Below are positions 38,216 to 51,300 of a stretch of DNA of 64,000 nucleotides, in pieces (the first letter of the stretch is position 1; the number at the start of each line of letters is the position of its first letter). The notes under the pieces were generated by a model, which worked only from the letters and a program-made list of their open reading frames with translations, searched no databases and was not told the origin of the DNA. The DNA is taken from positions 248,001-312,000 of the forward strand of contig NIVC01000420.1 of NCBI GenBank assembly GCA_002269645.1, given 5' to 3'. The position numbers were made by a program, and so were the translations under genes. This stretch comes from Macrostomum lignano (lineage: Eukaryota).

Positions 38216-39693
38216 CTGGCTGGGCTTCAAGTCAGATGTATAAGATGCAGCGAAGTCAGCTATTTTTTCCATTTCAACTAGGAGGCCAATCTTTTATCTA
38301 TTTCCGTTTTAAAAGGTTTGTTTATTTAAAGTTAAACAGTAGAAGGATTCAACGAGTTGGTCGGATTAGTCTTTAAAGGAAATATAGATAACAAAACTCG
38401 CTATAGGCTGCAGCGCTCAGAATGGAATAAAATTTTCCGGACTAAAAAACGATTAAAAGTTTTTGTTTTACTGTCTGCTGGGGTCGGGTTAAACAAAACA
38501 TAACAGTGCACAATAACGCACAGAGTCTAAAATGTTAAAGGGGCTTTTAGAGAGAATGAGAGAGAAGTCTGCGAGTTAAACTAAATATTTCTCTACTCAA
38601 GCAATCCGTGCTCAGCTGCTAATTAAGATAATTAGCTCGATTATTTTGTCTCTCATTTTCTCTCCTGATTGCCATATATAGAAACATAATTCCGCGAATG
38701 AAACGATAGCAAAAATGTCGAAACATCGAAAGAACAAGAACAGCTTTTTGTCTTTTTTAAATAGCTATTGCTCCTTAGTCAAGGTGGGATTTTGATAACA
38801 GCTTCAAAGGAATATTGCTTAATAATAGGCCGCACTTATTACCGGTTTCCAGAGAGCAGTTATAACAAATTACTTACTTTGGTCGGTCTTAGATAATTAA
38901 TAATAAAATCTAAAGCCTAAAACGGCACACTTATTGGGCATGGCTTCGCAATGAAAGATAAAAGCGGGTTGCATGAAAGCGTGTTTCGAAACGCTGCACA
39001 AGTGGTACAAAAATTGGATTGTGCCAATTTAAAAGCGGCTTGGTCTACAGAACTTTGGACAAATAAAAAACAACATTAGCGTGATTTTACTATCGAAAGA
39101 GTTTCGCTTACAACAGAATTAATAATTAATTAAGCTTATCGTTAGCTGAGCAGTGCGCATTAGAAAGCAAAAAAACTAAAGCTGTTTGACTTGACACTGC
39201 CATCAAGCTGAACGCGTGAACAGATTTTTTATCATAATTTTTTTAAATAGATTCCTAATAATATAGTATTTTGAAAGCTACACAACACAATTCTGGCGGA
39301 GACAATTAAAAAGCTGACAGAGATTAACATGCATACAGAGAAGTTCTATAAAGTACACGAGATAATTGGAGCATCCGGACAGGAAGGAGCTTTTAGGGCC
39401 ATATCTAAACTTTTTAAATGTACATGTAGCTTTGCTTTTATGTACGAGCGTGAAATTCGACTAAGCTATTTTAAGACTGCTTTTGTCAGATTTACTGGTA
39501 TCACACGGGCTCTGTACATTCTGGCTGCGTACTCAGCCCCCTCTGTGGGGGGAGGCAAAGTGAATTAACTCCAACCAATCAGAGTCCAGCCCAGCCTAAA
39601 CCAAGGGGACGAAATTAAAGCACCCCACCCCAAGCACAGCGCAGCAAAACGCGGTAATAAATATGGGCATTTAGCTTAGCTTGAAGGGAACAT

Positions 39694-39930
39694 TCAGTCA
39701 AACCGTTGATCTGGCTTGTCGTGACTTTCCGCCATAAACTCTGCCGCCTGTTTGTCCATGTCCGTCTGGATGACTGCCGGAGGCTGGGCGCCCTCCTGCC
39801 ACACGGACACGAGTCGCTGCTTGTCAATCACCAGACGTTGCTCCGGCCGTCTGGGATTAACATAGTACCGAGTTCGCTGTTCGAGACGCATTACCAGACT
39901 GTCAACACGGAGAATGGTAATTGCTGCTTG
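39694..39930 (-). CDS. Probable terminal coding exon of the giant ankyrin
   Basis: CTGAC branch-like motif and CAAGCAG acceptor, then AITILRVDSLVMRLEQRTRYYVNPRRPEQRLVIDKQRLVSVWQEG...DQRFD*; GC-rich island on the same strand as ankyrin. Linkage to ankyrin is inferred. Confidence 0.45.
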   Translation of the reverse strand, partial: QAAITILRVDSLVMRLEQRTRYYVNPRRPEQRLVIDKQRLVSVWQEGAQPPAVIQTDMDKQAAEFMAESHDKPDQRFD

Positions 39931-41204
39931 TCAGTCACTTCTGTTCGGTTTTGCGATTATTATTGATAGGCCAAAGATGCGCTCACTAGAAGAAAAGAAA
40001 GAGTGAACTAGAAACCTTTCTAGAGGATTTTAATGGCTCAAAATTTCAAAGAAATTTTCCCTTCAAATCAGAGCAAAGATCAAAAGAGCTGGACAGGACA
40101 TGATTTGAGACCCCGAACCCGAACTAACCCCCGTGGCACGTCAATGTAGCATGCACTTGGGAAAGTTATGCGGGAATGTCATGCACACAGCAATTGAGCC
40201 CCAGTTTTGTAGCGAGGCACATACGAAGTACAAAATTTACTAATTTGTATTCTTGATATTTAGACTTCTATCAGTTGTCAAATTTAGTAAATTGACTGGT
40301 GCCAGCTGGTATCTTGGTCTTCAGTTTAACATCCTGAATCTGAAGGTCCCAACCAATTCTGCCAATTCTTAAATCTATTATTGAGAAGCAATTCATACTC
40401 ACTAGATTGTCCAGGACAGGACGATCCTCTCTCATCCTCATCTCCATGGTTGATGATGCAGGCATGTATAAATATAGCTATTTTTCGGAGAGAATTGCAG
40501 ACAGAACAGGGAAACGAAAAAGCACAAACAAAGGCTTGCGAAATATGCGGAATACAAATAAGGAACACAGCAAAGCAGCAAAAATGTTATTGAGGACTGA
40601 AAAGCTTCAATCGGTTTTCAATTTGGGATTGTCTTTTGAAAAAAATATGAAAAAAATATTTTCAAGAGCGATCCTCGAGTCAGTTATTAATATTTTTGCA
40701 CGGCACAGCAGATAAAAAGCAAAATCCTGTTGTTGCTATCAGCGTCTCTTTTGTGTCATCCTTTTTCTCTACCTCGCCGAACTGTTGTCGCCATGTTCAT
40801 CTAAAATGATTGAGCAAGGAATTGCGAATAAGATTGATTGATTGATTAAAGTTAATTAATTAAACAGATACTGGGATCCTGCTGTCACCCTGAGCCAGAT
40901 TAAAACTAAAAGCAATATATAATCTGAGAAATTGCACTCAGCTATACGGAACCAACTAAATCTGGACTGCTTTATTGGAGGTTCGAATACAACCATGCTC
41001 TATTTTGAGTTAGCTAGCTTACCCGAAACTAAGTAATATTCTCATATGACGTCAGTTACTCCATTACCCTGATTAACTAAGCCCCTCCACTACAGTCGAT
41101 AAGCCCCATTTCGATATTGAATATGATTTAAAGGATTGGAAAAATTTAGACTCTTTATAGATAACTTAATGAACTGATAAAGCCATGAGGTGCTTCTATC
41201 CTAG

Positions 41205-41447
41205 TCTGCTTTATTCACCTCTTGATCCCTCTATCCTCAGTCTGCTTTACTCATCTCTTGATCCCTCTATCCTAGCCTGCTTTACTCATCTCTTGATTCC
41301 TCTATCCTAGTCTGCTTTACTCATCTCTTGATCCCTCTATCCTAGCCTGCTTTACTCATCTCTTGATTCCTCTATCCTAGTCTGCTTTACTCATCTCTTG
41401 ATTCCTCTATCCTAGCCTGCTTTACTCATCTCTTGATTCCTCTATCA
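41205..41447. repeat. 35-bp intronic repeat CCTAG(T/C)CTGCTTTACTCATCTCTTGAT(C/T)CCTCTAT
   Basis: About 7 copies next to the donor at 41459. Confidence 0.9.
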
Positions 41448-41458
41448 CAGTATAGTAC

Positions 41459-41810
41459 CATCGGCGCCTCCGTGGCCTTCCCGGTCGGGCAACCGCAGGC
41501 CCTCCCGGTCGAAGATATGATCGTGCTCTCTGGGGTCCACTTCCACGGCGTAGTCGTCGTCCATGCTGATGGAGGAAGCCAAGTCAGCCTCGGCTGCAGA
41601 TTTCCAGCCGAAGGCCGCGCCGCAGCGTTTTCCCTGGCTCTGCCGCTTCTGCTGCTCTCCAGTTGTCTGCGATGCGTCGGACTGTTCCGAGACTTCAGAC
41701 GTTGCTGACTCGGATCCATCCGATTGATGGCTTTCCTCCATGTGAAACAGCTGCTGACTCTCATCCGCTGATGCTGCTGCTGCCGCTTCGTCTTCCATTG
41801 TTTCGCTCAT
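41459..41810 (-). CDS. Probable ankyrin exon downstream of the giant exon (acceptor position uncertain)
   Basis: Open frame MSETMEDEAAAA...DDDYAVEVDPREHDHIFDREG...GGADG ending at donor GATG|GTACTA; composition similar to the giant exon. Confidence 0.55.
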
Positions 41811-42313
41811 TTTTATTGTCTTATATGTGCATCTGCCACTCCAACTCAAAGACTTATTGCGGAGGCTAACTACGCTCGTAACTGATTCACGCTGTGTACC
41901 CTCTCTGAGCTAGCTTAAAGCCTACCTGCTCTTAAATTTCGCCAGCCAATGACGTAAATCTTTGTCACTATTGGCTAGCTATACTATGGCTAATGCAAAG
42001 TTCGATGACTACTAACAGTAGCTTTGAAGCAGTTAGGGTATTGAAATGATTAATTATCAAGAGAGTTCAAATCGACGCAGAAGAGAAAATAGGAGTCTTA
42101 AACCCGAACTATTGGCTGTAAAATTAATCTTTTTAGAAAAATGATTGCATTGTTAGCGTATGCTAATGAGGATAAACTGGACTGCGACAGGCGAGGATTA
42201 GCACACCACAAGACTACATACATCATGCAAGCAAGCTCATACGGTACTAACTTCTACGAAATTAAATGAATGCTAATGGTTTGAAAACAAAATAGCATTC
42301 GAAAAAACCGCAC

Positions 42314-45300
42314 CAGCCTCCGCTGACTCTGCCGTGTGCGCCATCGTGCCTGCAGTCGAATTCGCAACGTCTAAACTATCTGTGGACGCTTCCATAGCCG
42401 ACTGTTCTCGAACAACACGGACGCCCTCGCTGGGCATGGAATAGGCCAGGGCCCAGCCACTGCCGGATGCTTCTTCGTTGCGCAATCCCTCGATGCTGTC
42501 AACACTAGCTACCATCATCTGGGCGGCGTCGGCTGAAGACAGGGAGTCGGCCTCGCTTGGTGCAAGCAGCGAGGATGTCATGCTGGCTCCCATAGCAGCC
42601 CCAGGCTGCTGCTGCTGTGGCGCTGCCAGCACAGACGGCTGACGCACGGAAGACAAGTCGTCGTCGTCGTCCTCCTCCGCACTTTCATTTTCTTCCGTCT
42701 GCTGTTTCTCCCCGACGGGTTCTCTTTCGCGTTTCAATTCTTCCTCTGGAGCGGCTTCGTGACCGCTCAAACTGTCCGCATCGATGCGCTCCTCTTGGGA
42801 CGAGCCGTGCACCAGAATCTCTTGTATGCGTTGGTAGCTATCGCCTGTCACGTCTGCCGCAGCTGCTGATGCGGTCGCAGAATTTGCAGCCTCATCTTCC
42901 GGAGACATCTCCCCGACTGTGGGCAGCTGACCAGCTTCCAGTGCCTCGGCAATCTTCGATGCTTCACTGAAGAGCTCCTCATCTACGGCCGACTTTTCAA
43001 GCTGCTCAAACTCATCTAACGAGGACGATTTTGAGTCCGCGGCAAGCCGCCCTTCGCTGTCCTTCTCACCTTCTTCCGCTTCCTCCAGAGGACTCTCGTC
43101 CAGAGGTGTTTGGCGCCAAAAATCACCTGGTGAGCCTGTGGTCGTCGCAGCTGCAGCCTCGCACTCGCGTTCGAGCCTTTCAAATTCCACCAGTGACGAG
43201 CTGACGGATCGGCCCCCGCCGGAGGCAGCCGCTTCACCACTGGACGAAGATTTTTTCAGTGAACCCGTGCTGCTGATCTGCTGAGCGATCTCCTGTTCTA
43301 ATCGCTCAAACTCAGACAGTGACGATGGTATAGAAGATGACGCTGAACGGCTGTCAACTGAGTGCGACTGCCCGCAGCTAGGGCTCCCACTGACGCCTGT
43401 CGCTGCGCGTGGAACCACCTGCTGCCGCTTGGCGAGCCGCACTGGGTCAGAGGATTGACCTGGCACAGTCGTTAATCCTGCAGTCGCTGGCGAACCTGCG
43501 GACGCAGCACTTGGCGAGGACACCAGCTCGTAGTCCTCCAACGAATCGCGAGATGCCGATAACTCCGACAGCAATTGATCCTGCGCTGTTGTTGCATCCG
43601 AGCTGCATGACTCAGCCATGAGCTCAGGAAATCTGTCCTGCTGTTGCTGGTGATGCCGCAGCACCACTGTTGACTGGCTTGATAGGCTCGACGCTTCAGA
43701 TATCTCAACAGACATTTCCTCTTCGATCTCGAAACCGATGATTTTCGGAGCAGTTCCAGTCGGACGAGGAATCTGCGAAGTCCGAACTGACTGTTGGACT
43801 GTTGACTTTTGAGAAGCCGCGGTAACTGTCACCGTTGATGCAGAAGGCTGATCTTGGTTCTGATCTTGTTGCTGCTCTGGTGAACTCTCTGGAGTCTCTT
43901 TCAGCTCAATGATCGGCGAAAGGACGCTCTCGTCAATAACCACCGGCTCCTGATCCGGCTTCTCTACTTCCGAATCTTCTTCTTCAACTTCTCCTCCTTC
44001 GAGCAGATCACCTCCGAGCTCCATGAGGTGACGTTCAGCGAGCATCTCAGCGGCCAGAGCTCTCTGCTCAAGCTCCGGTGTATCCAGTGGCATCGACTCT
44101 ACTTCGGGCTGTTCTGCTGATCCCGACAACTCGAGAGCATCGTATGCACTTGCCAGAGCTGACAGCACCAGCTGTGCTGCTACAGACTCTACTTCTGATT
44201 CGGCCACCTCAGCGCCGTCCTCACCAGTGGGCTCCAGTATTGTCGGCACAGTTATCTCTTCGAAGGATTCACTGGTGTCATTATCTGTTTTGTTTTCCTC
44301 TCGCGCGGGCAGTGACGGCAGCTGAACTGTCGTAGCTCTCAACGCTCCTATTGCCGGCCCGAGAGCATCTGGGGTATCAAGCGGCTCGGCTGTCTCGTCA
44401 ACATCGTCTTCGCCATCACCACCTTCGCCTGGGAATTCAGCCTCGTCGCACTCGGAGTTTTGAACGGTGTCCGGCCCGGCTAGGGTGGAGGCAGCCTCAC
44501 TTGCCAGCGACATCGAGATGTCTGTGGCGTCTTCGTCTCTTCCCGCTGGCTGCCGTGCCTGCTCCGTATCGCTGTCACACGTATCGGCGCCCGCCTCCGC
44601 AGCGCTAACCAGAATGAAGCCGCTATCGTCTTGGCAGGCAGCGCTACCGAAGTGTTCCGAGGTAGCGGAAGTCCCCATTCCCGCGCCTTCACCGCTGCCG
44701 GCGGCACCGCCTCCCCCGGTTACGCTGATTCCCGAGCTAGGCATTTCGCTAGACCTGGATGCATCCTGGCTGAACGAGGACGTATTGAGAGGTAATTCGC
44801 TCGCCGCCGCTGACTCCATCATTTCGGCTGCTTCAGCCTCCATTTCAAACTGATCCTCTTCCTCCTTGATTGGAGAGCGGTCGTCAGGACTAAAACTAGC
44901 CTTGTCATTCCCCTTGTCCTCTTCTGCGATCTTTGATGTTTTTTCGTCCTCCTCGTCAGCTTCCAGTGACTGCGAAGTAGTAGCAGAAGCGGTTGCCATC
45001 TGCACTTTCGCATCTGGTGGGAGGGAGCGGCGGATGACTGAGTCAAATGACTCTGGCGTTGGCGACGGAGGCGCAGAACCAGGAGATGCAGGCGATGCGG
45101 CGATGTTGGCTGCTGCAGCCGCAACAGCTGGGAGTTGCGGCGACGCTTGTGGCTGCATCGACTGCTGCGTCTCTGTCGGTGCAGCCTCCTCAGACTTAGC
45201 CAGTGGGAATGCCTCGATGCCATGGTAGACTCTAGTTTGCGGCTGAGAAACAAGCATAGACTCCTCCGATGCAGGCAGCTGGTCCTTGTTCCAAACAATC

Positions 45301-48300
45301 CAATCGGCTGTCTCGTCGTCTTTTCCAGCAATGTCGTCTCTCGTAGCATCGTCTGGTTTTGGAACAGTGCTGGGCGCTTTTAGCTCCTCTGGTCTAACTC
45401 CAGAGCTTACACTGCCAGCACCTACAGTTTCATTTTCCTTGCTAGGCAGGGTTTTCGGTAATGTATCTGCTTCCTTGTACACCAAGATTTTCTCCTCTTC
45501 TAGAACTTCTTCAAGCGCAGCCTCGGGTAGCTCAGCAGACTCCCCAAAAAAGTCCATATCCTTCGCACTGGCGTCAGGGCCCAGTGATTTACCCGATTGC
45601 TCTTCAAACGTTGGCATTTCAAACCTCTCAGGCTCCAAAGGCTGTTCGACTTCTTGAGGCTTGCAGCTCGGCTTCTCTGCCTCTTCAGGCTCCAAAGGCT
45701 GTTCGACTTCTTGAGGCTTGCAGCTCGGCTTCTCTGCCTCTTCAGGCTCCATGTGAGTCGGTTTTTCCACCTCTTCAGGGTCCTTGTAGGCCGGCTTCTC
45801 TGCCTCTTCAGGCGCCATGTGAGTCGGTTTTTCCACCTCTTCAGGGTCCTTGTAGGCCGGCTTCTCTGCCTCTTCAGGCGCCATGTGAGTCGGTTTTTCC
45901 ACCTCTTCAGGGTCCTTGTAGGCCGGCTTCTCTGCCTCTTCAGGCGCCATGTGAGTCGGTTTTTCCACCTCTTCAGGGTCCTTGTAGGCCGGCTTCTCTG
46001 CCTCTTCAGGCGCCATGTGAGTCGGTTTTTCCACCTCTTCAGGGTCCTTGTAGGTCGGCTTCTCTGCCTCTTCAGGCTCCTTTTGAGTTGGCTCCTCGAC
46101 CACCTCGAGTTCTTCATAGGCTGGCTTTTCAGTTTTTTCAAGTTCATTGTAAGTTAACTCATCGACCTCTTCAGGCTCTTCGTAGGTCAGCTTGTCGATC
46201 TCTTCAGGCTCCTTCAGAGTTGGCTTTTCCTCCTCAGGTTCATTTTTAGTCGGTTTCTCGACCTTCTCAGACTTTTCATGCTGATGTTCGACTACTGACT
46301 CAAAACTCTCTTTTTGAATAGAAACCGCTTCCTGATTGGTCAGGCAGTGCTTACTCTGAAGCGCGCGCATTTCCTGAGCTTCCTCCACTCGACTATTAGA
46401 TTCGCTGCTATCCCACGAACGAAAAGATACGCTGTGAACTGAACCAGCTACTTGTCGAAAGCTACTTTCCTGGTGAATTTCAGTTTTATTCAACGTGCTC
46501 GAACTCTGAACTGTGCTTTCCTCAAAATGAAGGGACTGTGAATGAGTCTCCGAAAAATATTGTTGCTGCTCTGAAACTCCAGCTGTTCTCGAAGTCACCT
46601 CGGTCAGCAATGAGGTCGAAGTGTCTCCGATAGCTGAGTCCTCAGGCACCCGGAGCTGCACAGCTAGGATTTCAAATTCATCCAAAACTTCTGACTTAGA
46701 TTTCAAAGCAGTCTCGAAATTCGAATTGATTTCTGAATGAGCTTTCTCGGTTGAATAACCAGCCGTGTCATGAATTGGCTCATCAAGAGGATTCTCTTCA
46801 GTGTGAACAAGCTCATCCCGAAACTTAGAAACTTCTTCTTCGGCACGAATTGATTCTTCTTGACTGTCAAGAACCTTCTCTTCAGTGTTGAGTGCCTTAT
46901 CGTGAATTGTCTCTTCAGCATGAGCTGGCTCATCGTGCACTTCTGTAACCTTCTTATCAGTGTGTGCCGGCTCTACATGCACTTCAGGAATCTTCTCTTC
47001 GGCATGAGCAGGTTCTGCATGCACTTCAGGAACCTTTTCTTTGGCATGAGCAGGTTCTTCATGCGAAACTTCAGGAACCTTTTCTTCGGCATGAGCTGGC
47101 TCTTCCTGCACTTCAGGAACCTTCTCTTTGGCATGAGCTGGCTCTTCCTGCACTTCACGAACCTTCTCTTCGGCATGAGCAGGCTCTTCATGCGAAACTT
47201 CAGTAACCTTCTCTTCGGCATGAGCAGGCTCTTCATGCGAAACTTCAGTAACCTTCTCTTCGGCATGAGCAGGCTCTTCATGCGAAACTTCAGTAACCTT
47301 CTCTTCGGCGTGAGCTGGCTCTTCATGCACTTCAGGAATCTTCTCTTCGGCATGAGCTGGCTCTTCATGCAACACTTCAGTAACCTTCTCTTCGGCGTAA
47401 GCTGGCTCTTCATGCACTTCAGGAATCTTCTCTTCGGCATGAGGTGGCTCTTTATGCACTTCAGGAGTTTTCTCTTCGGTATGAGGTGGCTCTTTATGCA
47501 CTTCAGGAGTTTTCTCTTCGGCATGAGCTGGCTCTTCATGCAAAACTTCAGTAACCTTCTCTTCGGCGTGAGCTGGCTCTTCATGCAAAACTTCAGTAAC
47601 CTTCTCTTCGGCGTGAGCTGCCTCTTCATGCAAAACTTCAGTAACCTCTTCGGCGTGAGCTGGCTTTTCATGCGAAACTTCAGTAACCTTCTCTTCGGCA
47701 TGAGCAGGCTCTTCATGCAACACTTCAGTAACCTTTTCTTCGGCGTGAGCTGCCTCTTCGTGCGAAACTTCCGTAACCTTCTCTTCGGCGTGAGCTGGCT
47801 CTTCATGCACTTCAGGAGTTTTCTCTTCGGTGTGAGCTGGCTCTTCATGCACTTCAGTAACCTTCTCTTCGGCGTGAGCTGGCTCTTCATGCACTTCAGG
47901 AGTTTTCTGTTCGGCGTGAGCTGGCTCTTCATGCACTTCAGGAGTTTTCTCTTCGGCATGAGGTGGCTCTTTATGCACTTCAGGAGTTTTCTCTTCGGCA
48001 TGAGCTGGCTCTTCATGCGAAACTTCAGTAACCTTCTCTTCGGCGTGAGCTGGCTCTTCATGCGAAACTTCAGTAACCTTCTCTTCGGCATGAGCTGGCT
48101 CTTCATGCGAAACTTCAGTAACCTTCTCTTCGGCGTGAGCTGGCTCTTCATGCGCTTCAGTAACCTTCTCTTCGGCATGAGCTGGCTCTTCATGCACTTC
48201 AGGAATCTTCTCTTCGGCATGAGGTGGCTCTTTATGCACTTCAGGAGTTTTCTCTTTGGCGTGAGCTGGCTCTTCATGCGAAACTTCAGTAACCTTCTCT

Positions 48301-51300
48301 TCGGTATGAGCTGGCTCTTCATGCACTTCAGTAACCTTCTCTTCGGCGTGAGCTGGCTCTTCATGCACTTCAGTAACCTTCTCTTCGGCGTGAGCTGGCT
48401 CTTCATGCGAAACTTCAGTAACCTTCTCTTCGGCGTGAGCTGGCTCTTCATGCGAAACTTCAGTAACCTTCTCTTCGGCGTGAGCTGCCTCTTCGTGCGA
48501 AACTTCAGTAACCTTCTCTTCGGCGTGAGCTGGCTCTTCATGCGAAACTTCAGTAACCTTCTCTTCGGCATGAGGTGGCTCTTTATGCACTTCAGGAGTT
48601 TTCTCTTCGGCATGAGCTGGCTCTTCATGCGAAACTTCAGTAACCTCTTCGGCGTGAGCTGGCTCTTCATGCGAAACTTCAGTAACCTTCTCTTCGGCAT
48701 GAGCAGGCTCTTCATGCAACACTTCAGTAACCTTCTCTTTGGCGTGAGCTGGCTCTTCATGCGAAACTTCAGTAACCTTCTCTTCGGCGTGAGCTGGCTC
48801 TTCATGCACTTCAGTAACCTTCTCTTCGGCATGAGCTGGCTCTTCATGCACTTCAGTAACCTTCTCTTCGGCGTGAGCTGGCTCTTCATGCACTTCAGGA
48901 ACCTTCTCTTCGGCATGAGCTGGCTCTTCATGCGAAACTTCAGTAACCTTCTCTTCGGCGTGAGCTGGCTCTTCATGCGCTTCAGTAACCTTCTCTTCGG
49001 CATGAGCTGGCTCTTCATGCACTTCAGGAATCTTCTCTTCGGCATGAGGTGGCTCTTTATGCACTTCAGGAGTTTTCTCTTTGGCGTGAGCTGGCTCTTC
49101 ATGCGAAACTTCAGTAACCTTCTCTTCGGCATGAGCTGGCTCTTCATGCACTTCAGTAACCTTCTCTTCGGCGTGAGCTGGCTCTTCATGCACTTCAGTA
49201 ACCTTCTCTTCGGCGTGAGCTGGCTCTTCATGCGAAACTTCAGTAACGTTCTCTTCGGCGTGAGCTGGCTCTTCATGCAAAACTTCAGTAACCTTCTCTT
49301 CGGCGTGAGCTGCCTCTTCGTGCGAAACTTCAGTAACCTTCTCTTCGGCGTGAGCTGGCTCTTCATGCGAAACTTCAGTAACCTTCTCTTCGGCATGAGG
49401 TGGCTCTTTATGCACTTCAGGAGTTTTCTCTTCGGCATGAGCTGGCTCTTCATGCGAAACTTCAGTAACCTCTTCGGCGTGAGCTGGCTCTTCATGCGAA
49501 ACTTCAGTAACCTTCTCTTCGGCATGAGCAGGCTCTTCATGCAACACTTCAGTAACCTTCTCTTTGGCGTGAGCTGGCTCTTCATGCGAAACTTCAGTAA
49601 CCTCTTCGGCGTGAGCTGGCTCTTCATGCGAAACTTCAGTAACCTTCTCTTCTGCATGAGCAGGCTCTTCATGCAAAACTTCAGTAACCTTCTCTTCGGC
49701 ATGAGCAGGCTCTTCATGCAACAGTTCAGTAACCTTCTCTTCGGCGTGAGCTGGCTCTTCATGCGAAACTTCAGTAACCTTCTCTTCGGCGTGAGCTGGC
49801 TCTTCATGCACTTCAGGAATCTTCTCTTCGGCATGAGCTGGCTCTTCATGCAACACTTCAGTAACCTTCTCCTCGGCGTAAGCTGGCTCTTCATGCACTT
49901 CAGGAATCTTCTCTTCGGCATGAGGTGGCTCTTTATGCACTTCAGGAGTTTTCTCTTCGGTATGAGGTGGCTCTTTATGCACTTCAGGAGTTTTCTCTTC
50001 GGCATGAGCTGGCTCTTCATGCGAAACTTCAGTAACCTTCTCTTCGGCGTGAGCTGGCTCTTCATGCAAAAATTCAGTAACCTTCTCTTCGGCGTGAGCT
50101 GCCTCTTCATGCAAAACTTCAGTAACCTCTTCGGCGTGAGCTGGCTTTTCATGCGAAACTTCAGTAACCTTCTCTTCGGCATGAGCAGGCTCTTCATGCA
50201 ACACTTCAGTAACCTTCTCTTCGGCGTGAGCTGGCTCTTCATGCACTTCAGGAATCTTCTCTTCGGCATGAGCTGGCTCTTCATGCACTTCAGGAATCTT
50301 CTCTTCGGCATGAGGTGGCTCTTTATGCACTTCAGGAGTTTTCTCTTCGGCATGAGCTGGCTTTTCATGCGAAACTTCAGTAACCTTCTCTTCGGCGTGA
50401 GCTGGCTCTTCATGCACTTCAGGAATCTTCTCTTCGGCATGAGGTGGCTCTTTATGCACTTCAGGAGTTTTCTCTTCGGTGTGAGCTGGCTCTTCATGCA
50501 AAACTTCAGTAACCTTCTCTTCGGCGTGAGCTGGCTCTTCATGCACTTCAGTAACCTTCTCTTCGGCATGAGCTGGCTCTTCATGCACTTCAGTAACCTT
50601 CTCTTCGGCGTGAGCTGGCTCTTCATGCACTTCAGGAACCTTCTCTTCGGCATGAGGTGGCTCTTTATGCACTTCAGGAGTTTTCTCTTCGGCATGAGCT
50701 GGCTCTTCATGCGAAACTTCAGTAACCTCTTCGGCGTGAGCTGGCTCTTCATGCGAAACTTCAGTAACCTTCTCTTCGGCATGAGCAGGCTCTTCATGCA
50801 ACACTTCAGTAACCTTCTCTTCAGCGTGAGCTGGCTCTTCGTTCAACACTTCAGTAACCTTCTCTTCGGCGTGAGCTGGCTCTTCATGCAACACTTCAGG
50901 AACCTTCTCTTCGGCGTGAGCTGGCTCTTCATGCGAAACTTCAGTAACCTTCTCTTCGGCATGAGGTGGCTCTTTATGCACTTCAGGAGTTTTCTCTTCG
51001 GCATGAGCTGGCTCTTCATGCGAAACTTCAGTAACCTCTTCGGCGTGAGCTGGCTCTTCATGCGAAACTTCAGTAACCTTCTCTTCGGCATGAGCAGGCT
51101 CTTCATGCAACACTTCAGTAACCTTCTCTTTGGCGTGAGCTGACTCTTCATGCGAAACTTCAGTAACCTCTTCGGCGTGAGCTGGCTCTTCATGCGAAAC
51201 TTCAGTAACCTTCTCTTCTGCATGAGCAGGCTCTTCATGCAAAACTTCAGTAACCTTCTCTTCGGCATGAGGTGGCTCTTTATGCACTTCAGGAGTTTTC

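Noticed and set aside
29150-38376. Dozens of overlapping 100-536 aa ORFs (RRVWVSGEYGCQESMGV)
   Set aside because: They are translations of a stop-poor 17-bp unit; all three frames give the same peptide and there are no unique flanking domains.
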